Positions 58,720 through 64,000 of a stretch of 64,000 nucleotides of DNA are shown piece by piece. The notes under the pieces were generated by a model, which had not been told where the DNA came from, did no database searches, and saw nothing but the letters and a program-made list of their open reading frames with translations. The stretch is from an uncultured Actinomycetes bacterium (GTDB taxonomy: Bacteria; Actinomycetota; UBA4738; HRBIN12): the NCBI GenBank assembly GCA_963705545.1, contig CAVPJX010000001.1:1443377-1507376 (forward strand), in the 5' to 3' direction. Position numbers and translations under genes: made by a program. Every line of letters starts with the position of its first letter. Position 1 is the first letter of the stretch.

Positions 58720-58805
58720 TATGCTTTGCTGACTCCGGCGAACCTCCGGCCCGCGGTGAAGCGGATCCCCGGCCTCGCCGATACCTGAACCCTGGAGGTG
58801 ACCGC
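58720..58805 (+). promoter_or_regulatory. kamA -10 element and structured 5' UTR containing an anti-SD
   Basis: TATGCT at 58720-58725; nested stems across 58736-58780; ACCTCCGG (58742-58749) is complementary to CTGGAGGT (58792-58799, the RBS). Confidence 0.5.
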
Positions 58806-60227
58806 GTGAGCGCCGTGGACATGCAGACCCCGGCCGGCCGGATCCGGCCCGGACATCGCGATCCGCACGCCCACGCGGCGGAGCAGCCGTTCCGCTACCC
58901 GCTCGAGCGCGAGTACGTCGAGCCCGACTGGACCCGCCTCCCCGGCTACCGAGACATCACACCGGAGCAGTGGCGATCGGCCCAGTGGCAGCGCGCTCAC
59001 ACGGTGAAGAACCTGAAGGAGCTCAAGGCGGCCTTCGGCGACCACCTCGATGACGACCTGCTCGCCGACATCGAGCGCGACCAGCAGGAGCGCGCCACGA
59101 TGTCGATGCTGCTCCCGCCCCAGATGATCAACACGATGGAGGAGGGTGACCTCCGCTACGACCGGGTCCGCCGCTACATGGCGCCCGCGTTCTCCGATCG
59201 ACAGCCCGAGTGGGCCTCGCACCCGATGGCGTCCCGCGACTCCCTGCACGAGGCCGACATGTGGGCGGTCGAGGGGCTCACCCACCGCTACCCCACGAAG
59301 GTGCTCGCCGAGCTGATCCCAACGTGCCCGCAGTACTGCGGCCACTGCACGCGCATGGACCTCGTCGGGAACGACACGCTGCAGGTCCTCAAGTACAAGT
59401 TCGAGATCAAGCAGAACGAGCGCTGGGACCTCATGCTCGACTACCTCCGCCGCACCCCTTCGGTTCGCGACGTCGTGGTCTCTGGCGGCGACATGGCGAA
59501 CGTCCCGATCAAGCGCCTCGTCGACTTCGTCCGCCAGCTCGTCGCGATCGAGAACATCCGCGACATCCGGATCGCGACGAAGGGCCTGATGGGTCTCCCG
59601 CAGCACTTCCTGCAGGACGACGTCCGCGCCGGGTTCGAGGCGATGGCGGATGCCGCCCGCTCACGAGGGGTCGACATCGCGCTGCACACCCACGTGAACT
59701 GCGCCCAGCAGATCACGCCGCTGGTGGGCGAGGCGGCACGGATGGTCCTGGACGCCGGGTTCCGCGACGTCCGCAACCAAGGGGTGCTGCTGCGGGGCGT
59801 CAACACGAAGCCGAACGACCTGCTCGAGCTCTGCTTCATGCTGCTCGACCACGCGAAGATCCTGCCCTACTACTTCTATCTCTGCGACATGATCCCGAAC
59901 GCCGAGCACTGGCGGACGTCCGTCGCGGAGGCGCAGGACCTCCAGTACACCCTCCTCGGCTACATGCCCGGGTTCGCGACACCGCGCGTCGTGTGCGATG
60001 TGCCGTTCGTGGGCAAGCGATGGGTCCACATGCTCGCCGACTACGACCGGGTCCGCGGCATCTCGTACTGGACGAAGAACTACCGGACCGGTATCGAGTT
60101 CGACGACCCGGAGGCGTTGACCCGGACCCATCCGTACTACGACCCGATCTACACGCTGCCCGAGGAGGGTCAGGCGTGGTGGCGCGAGCAGATCGCGAAG
60201 GGCGAGCTCCACTCGGAGACCGCGTGA
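58806..60227 (+). CDS. kamA: Lysine 2,3-aminomutase (KamA family radical SAM)
   Basis: GLTHRYP, CPQYCGHCTR (CxxxCxxC), DVVVSGGD, NQGVLLRGVN, PYYFYLCD and CDVPFVGK motifs; GGAGGTG RBS. Confidence 0.88.
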   Translation: MSAVDMQTPAGRIRPGHRDPHAHAAEQPFRYPLEREYVEPDWTRLPGYRDITPEQWRSAQWQRAHTVKNLKELKAAFGDHLDDDLLADIERDQQERATMSMLLPPQMINTMEEGDLRYDRVRRYMAPAFSDRQPEWASHPMASRDSLHEADMWAVEGLTHRYPTKVLAELIPTCPQYCGHCTRMDLVGNDTLQVLKYKFEIKQNERWDLMLDYLRRTPSVRDVVVSGGDMANVPIKRLVDFVRQLVAIENIRDIRIATKGLMGLPQHFLQDDVRAGFEAMADAARSRGVDIALHTHVNCAQQITPLVGEAARMVLDAGFRDVRNQGVLLRGVNTKPNDLLELCFMLLDHAKILPYYFYLCDMIPNAEHWRTSVAEAQDLQYTLLGYMPGFATPRVVCDVPFVGKRWVHMLADYDRVRGISYWTKNYRTGIEFDDPEALTRTHPYYDPIYTLPEEGQAWWREQIAKGELHSETA

Positions 60228-60231
60228 GGCG

Positions 60232-61092
60232 ATGACGCGGCTCCTGCACGTCGTCGGCGTCCAGGCGGCTCCGGTGACCGCCGACCCGGAGGGCTCGCTC
60301 GACAAGCTGGAGCACCTGGTTCGCATGCTCGATGCGAGCTTCCCGAAGGCGCGGCTGTACCTGTTCCCCGAGCTGTTCCTCACCGGGAGCCACCCCTTCC
60401 ACCGTTCGTCACCCGTCGAGCTCGTGACGCACCGGATCCCCGGGCCCCTCACCGACCGCCTCGGCGAGATCGCCGCTCGATCGAAGCGATGGCTCCAGCC
60501 CGGCTCGATCTACGAACGAGCCGGGGGCCGGACGTACAACACCGCCCTGCTCTTCGCGCCGAACGGCGAGCTCGTGCTCCGCTACCGGAAGCTGTTCCCG
60601 TGGATGCCGTTCGAGACGTCGACGCCCGGGAGCGAACCCCCGGGCGTGACGAGCATCCCTCGCGTCGGAACGATCGGCATGATGATCTGCTACGACGGGT
60701 GGTTCCCGGAGGTCGCGCGCGGCCTCGCGCTCGCCGGCGCGGAGGCGATCATCGCGCCGACGATGACGTCGACGCCCGACCGTGAGGAGGAGCTGGTCTT
60801 GTCCCGGGCGAACGCGATCGTGAACCAATGCTACGTCCTCAACGTCAACGCCGCCCTCACGGTCGGTGGCGGGCGCAGCATCGGCGTCGATCCCGAGGGT
60901 CGCGTCCTCTTCGAGGGCGGGAGCGGCGAGGAACTCTTCCCGGAGGTCCTGGATCTCGACCGGGTGCGAACCGTCCGTGAGCGTGGGACGCGCGGGTTGA
61001 ACCGGATGCTCCGTCAGCTCACCGAGGACGCCCCGGCCGCGGCCTTCCGGCACTACCGCGAGCTGTCGCGGCCTCGGCGCCGGACCTCGTAG
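60232..61092 (+). CDS. Carbon-nitrogen hydrolase (nitrilase superfamily amidase)
   Basis: FPEL (Glu), YRKLFPW (Lys) and ICYD (Cys) catalytic triad motifs. Confidence 0.92.
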   Translation: MTRLLHVVGVQAAPVTADPEGSLDKLEHLVRMLDASFPKARLYLFPELFLTGSHPFHRSSPVELVTHRIPGPLTDRLGEIAARSKRWLQPGSIYERAGGRTYNTALLFAPNGELVLRYRKLFPWMPFETSTPGSEPPGVTSIPRVGTIGMMICYDGWFPEVARGLALAGAEAIIAPTMTSTPDREEELVLSRANAIVNQCYVLNVNAALTVGGGRSIGVDPEGRVLFEGGSGEELFPEVLDLDRVRTVRERGTRGLNRMLRQLTEDAPAAAFRHYRELSRPRRRTS

Positions 61093-61835
61093 GCGGCGAC
61101 CCACGCCGCCCCCAGCAGCGTCAACGTCGCGATGACGGCGAAGACCGCGCGGCCCGAGGGCCCCACGGGCCCATCGCTCGGCGGCGACGTCGCGGCGGCC
61201 GGGGAGGGCACGGGCGAGAGACTCATCGTCGGCGTCGGCGTCGGCGTCGCCACAGACTGGCGCGAGGGTGCCACCATCGGTAGGTGAGGTCGGGCCGAAC
61301 CCAAGACGTCGCACCGGTGTTCGTCGCGGACGACGGCCGTCCAACGCAGATCCTGGATCGGCACGCCCTCGAGGTCGAGGTCGCGCGTGATCTGCCGACC
61401 GGGGACCTGGATCGTGAGCCGGCGGCCGTCCACCGTGCCTCCGAGGAAGACGTTCTGGGCGCGCTCCGGGAGGAGCAGGATCAGGACGCCCTGCTGCGGG
61501 ACAGCGTCGTATCGGACGATCCGGTTCAGGTCCCGGTAGTAGGCGACGTCGACGACCGAGACCGTGGGATCGCGGATCAGGATGTCCACGCGGAAGGGAC
61601 GCCCGTCTCGGTCGGGGGCCGTGAGGGGCCCCGCGAACCGAAGATCCCACCGGGCGGACGTGCCGTCTTCGACGATCGAGCCGGTACCCTCGATCAGGTC
61701 CGGGGGTTCGCCGGGACCGAGGGCGGACGGTCGACACGGCGCGACGTCGCCCGGCGCATCGGCCGCCGCCATCAGCAGCGGAGCCAGCGACAGGATCGCG
61801 AGGACGGAGCGGGGCCGGAGGCCGCGCATCGTCAC
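61053..61835 (-). CDS. Hypothetical secreted protein with a Pro/Thr linker and C-terminal membrane anchor
   Basis: GTGA overlap with the upstream gene; signal peptide; two Cys; TPTPTPT linker; TM segment followed by RRRGR. Confidence 0.7.
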   Translation of the reverse strand: MTMRGLRPRSVLAILSLAPLLMAAADAPGDVAPCRPSALGPGEPPDLIEGTGSIVEDGTSARWDLRFAGPLTAPDRDGRPFRVDILIRDPTVSVVDVAYYRDLNRIVRYDAVPQQGVLILLLPERAQNVFLGGTVDGRRLTIQVPGRQITRDLDLEGVPIQDLRWTAVVRDEHRCDVLGSARPHLPMVAPSRQSVATPTPTPTMSLSPVPSPAAATSPPSDGPVGPSGRAVFAVIATLTLLGAAWVAAYEVRRRGRDSSR

Positions 61836-63337
61836 GACGCCGGGCAGTCCCGTTGCTTCAGGATCAGCTTCTCCAGACGAGGATCGCGCGTGAAGTCGAA
61901 CGCCCCCGACAACGGATCCGCCTGGGCGTCGCGATCGGTCATCGGCTTCAACCCATGGAGCTCCTCGATGAAGCGCAGCACCGAGGAGAACTCGTAGACC
62001 GTGCTGTCGATCCAGCCGCCGTCGGGATTGTCGCCGCGCCGCGTGTACGGCGAGATGACCAGCGCGGGGGTCCGTGGACCCAGGCCCATGATGTCGTAAT
62101 GCGGCGGGGGCACGTGGTCGTAGAAGCCGCCGAAGTCGTCCCAAACGATCACGATCGCCGTCGTCGGCCAGGACTCGCTGCGCATCACCGCGTTCACGTA
62201 CTGCACGGTCCAGTTCTCGCCGACGCAGACGTTCGTCCCCGAGCCGGGATGTTCGTTCGCGTTCCCTTCCGGCGGGATCAACCAAGACACGGCCGGCAGC
62301 TCCCCGTCCTTCAGGTCCTGCAGGATCGTCTCCGGCGGTTGGACCTTCTCCCACATCGGGCCGAACCGCACATGCCGGATCGCCTGGAGCCCGTTCATCC
62401 ATTGATCCGCGTTGCCGTAGTACTTCCAGCTGATGCCGTTCTTCTCGAGGAGGTCCGGGAGGACCTTGATGTCGAAGCACGTCCGCGTGTCCTCCCAGTA
62501 CTGCGAGATCCGGATCAGCTGATCGGGGATCTCCTGCGTGATCTCGTCCTCGAGCTTCATGATCCGCTTGATGTCCTGCTTCGTGAGCCCATCGCGGAAG
62601 CGCTTCGTGTACTCCTGCGGGTCGTCGCAGTAGCTACCGGGCGTGTCGGCGTTCGATTTGTTGTCGATGACCCCGTTGGACTGCGCCGCAACCGTGTAGA
62701 GGTGCTCGGGGAACGTGGGGCCGTACATCGAGGTGAAGAAGTGATCCGCGAGCGTGAATCGGTCGGCGTAGGCCCAGTAGGCAGGAAGGCTTCCGCGCGA
62801 GTGCTGGACGTAACCCGATAGGTCCTGGCCCGAGCCGATGATGTTGAACCCGTTCATCGCGCCGCCGTTGATCGAGTACAACCCCGACGAGAACCCGTGC
62901 GTGATGTCGTGCGGCTGGATGTACGGCGCGTCCTTCAGCCGGACCGTCTCGCCGGGAACACACCCCGCGTCGCTGCACTCCAGGGTGCCCCCTTCGGTCG
63001 TGCCCTCCGCCCCCGGGTATCGCCCGAAGTAGTGATCGAACGTCCGGTTCTCCTTGATCAGGAAGATCACGTGCTCGATCGGGTTCTGACCGGGAACGAT
63101 CTGGCCTGGGTTCTCGCCTCCGTCGCCGCCGTTCCCCCCGCCGCCGCCATCGGTCCCCGAAGGCCCCGTCGGGCCGGAGGCGGCCTCGTTCCCCCCCACG
63201 GGCCAGAACTGCCAGACGAGGAACACGACCAGCAGGACGGCGAACACGACGAACGCCCGCCGTCTGGCGATCTGCCGGCGGGTGGGGCGACGACGTTGCG
63301 ACGCCGGTCGGATGACGGGACCGGGAGGCTGCTGCAC
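61832..63337 (-). CDS. Membrane-anchored phosphoesterase (phospholipase C/AcpA family)
   Basis: [49 protein letters not shown] and [11 protein letters not shown] motifs. Confidence 0.92.
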   Translation of the reverse strand: MQQPPGPVIRPASQRRRPTRRQIARRRAFVVFAVLLVVFLVWQFWPVGGNEAASGPTGPSGTDGGGGGNGGDGGENPGQIVPGQNPIEHVIFLIKENRTFDHYFGRYPGAEGTTEGGTLECSDAGCVPGETVRLKDAPYIQPHDITHGFSSGLYSINGGAMNGFNIIGSGQDLSGYVQHSRGSLPAYWAYADRFTLADHFFTSMYGPTFPEHLYTVAAQSNGVIDNKSNADTPGSYCDDPQEYTKRFRDGLTKQDIKRIMKLEDEITQEIPDQLIRISQYWEDTRTCFDIKVLPDLLEKNGISWKYYGNADQWMNGLQAIRHVRFGPMWEKVQPPETILQDLKDGELPAVSWLIPPEGNANEHPGSGTNVCVGENWTVQYVNAVMRSESWPTTAIVIVWDDFGGFYDHVPPPHYDIMGLGPRTPALVISPYTRRGDNPDGGWIDSTVYEFSSVLRFIEELHGLKPMTDRDAQADPLSGAFDFTRDPRLEKLILKQRDCPAS

Positions 63338-63348
63338 GGGGGCCGAGT

Positions 63349-64000
63349 TTATCGACGGTGCGGGTCCGCCGAGCGGAGCTCCTCCAACAACGACGCGAGC
63401 CGCACCTGCGCCGCACGGTACCGGGCATGGTCCGCGCGGTTGTCCATCTGATACGGGTCGGCCGGACCGAGCCGACCCGTCAGGTCGTAGAGCTCGCGCG
63501 TGCCGTCAGCGGTCTCGATGTACACGAGATCCCGCGTCCGAACCGCCCACCATCGAGCAAGATGTGCGTCGCCCACGTACTCCAAAAGGACGCCAGGTGG
63601 ACCTCGCCACCGGCCGCCCGACAACGCTCGCGCGAAGCTCCGACCGTCGGATCGGAGGTCCGGGCGGGTGTCGGCGAGCTGGACGAGCGTGGGAGCGAGG
63701 TCGACGTTGGACACGAGCCCGGACACGGTCGCCGACCGCTGCCCTGGCATCCGGATCGCGAGCGGGGTGTGGACGCACTCCTCGTACGGGCAGCGCTTGC
63801 CTCGGATCCCGTGCTCGCCGAACGAGAAGCCGTTATCGGTCAGGTAGACGATCACGGTGTTCTCCAGCTCACCGCGCACCCGGAGCGCCTCGACGATCCG
63901 CCGCACCGCGTCGTCCATGCCGAGCAAGGCCTCACGCTGACGACGCCGTTCGTCCTGGAGCTTCGCGATCTCGGGCGCCGTGTACGGCCGCTTACGGGCG
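63349..64000 (-). CDS. Sulfatase family protein, C-terminal part (5' end outside the window)
   Basis: [13 protein letters not shown]...GEH....K..PYEE..HTPL, NVDLAPT, ELYDL and DPYQMDN motifs. Confidence 0.88.
   Translation of the reverse strand, partial: ARKRPYTAPEIAKLQDERRRQREALLGMDDAVRRIVEALRVRGELENTVIVYLTDNGFSFGEHGIRGKRCPYEECVHTPLAIRMPGQRSATVSGLVSNVDLAPTLVQLADTRPDLRSDGRSFARALSGGRWRGPPGVLLEYVGDAHLARWWAVRTRDLVYIETADGTRELYDLTGRLGPADPYQMDNRADHARYRAAQVRLASLLEELRSADPHRR

Noticed and set aside
58730-58805. Classical lysine (L-box) riboswitch before kamA
   Set aside because: The leader is only about 75 nt and lacks the five-way junction; it is kept only as an unknown structured leader.
1-64000. 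Mobile elements, prophage, defence systems, tRNA/rRNA
   Set aside because: I saw no integrase, transposase, phage, nuclease/defence motifs or RNA-gene signatures on either strand.

Overview
High-GC (roughly 70% by eye) bacterial chromosome segment, most likely an Actinomycetota genome or MAG (inferred from TANNNT leaderless starts, the MMPL/TetR pair, actinobacterial-type KamA and Tat lipoproteins). It is gene-dense and mainly metabolic. In order: a nicotinate-type locus (6-hydroxynicotinate reductase, fused 2Fe-2S/molybdopterin dehydrogenase, FAD subunit, divergent HpcH aldolase); IPT/TIG and RTX secreted proteins; arfB; an ABC exporter; several small enzymes; a GH9; a choline/betaine region; CoA ligase plus crotonase; a polyamine ABC importer with convergent potA; MMPL/TetR; tdh-kbl; a DEAD-box helicase; transketolase; an EAL phosphodiesterase; kamA plus a nitrilase-family amidase; a phosphoesterase; and a partial sulfatase. 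I found no rRNA, tRNA, CRISPR, phage or transposase. Best novelty candidate: an IclR / DmdA-like folate-dependent demethylase / MetF operon that shares a 17-bp operator-like palindrome (14/17 identical) with the divergent betaine-ABC/betA promoter. This suggests an O2- and cobalamin-independent onium (betaine-type) demethylation regulon. Second candidate: a switch-like structured 5' UTR with an anti-Shine-Dalgarno ahead of kamA. Several single-base frameshifts in otherwise intact genes look like consensus errors. All family assignments come from motif recognition, not database searches.
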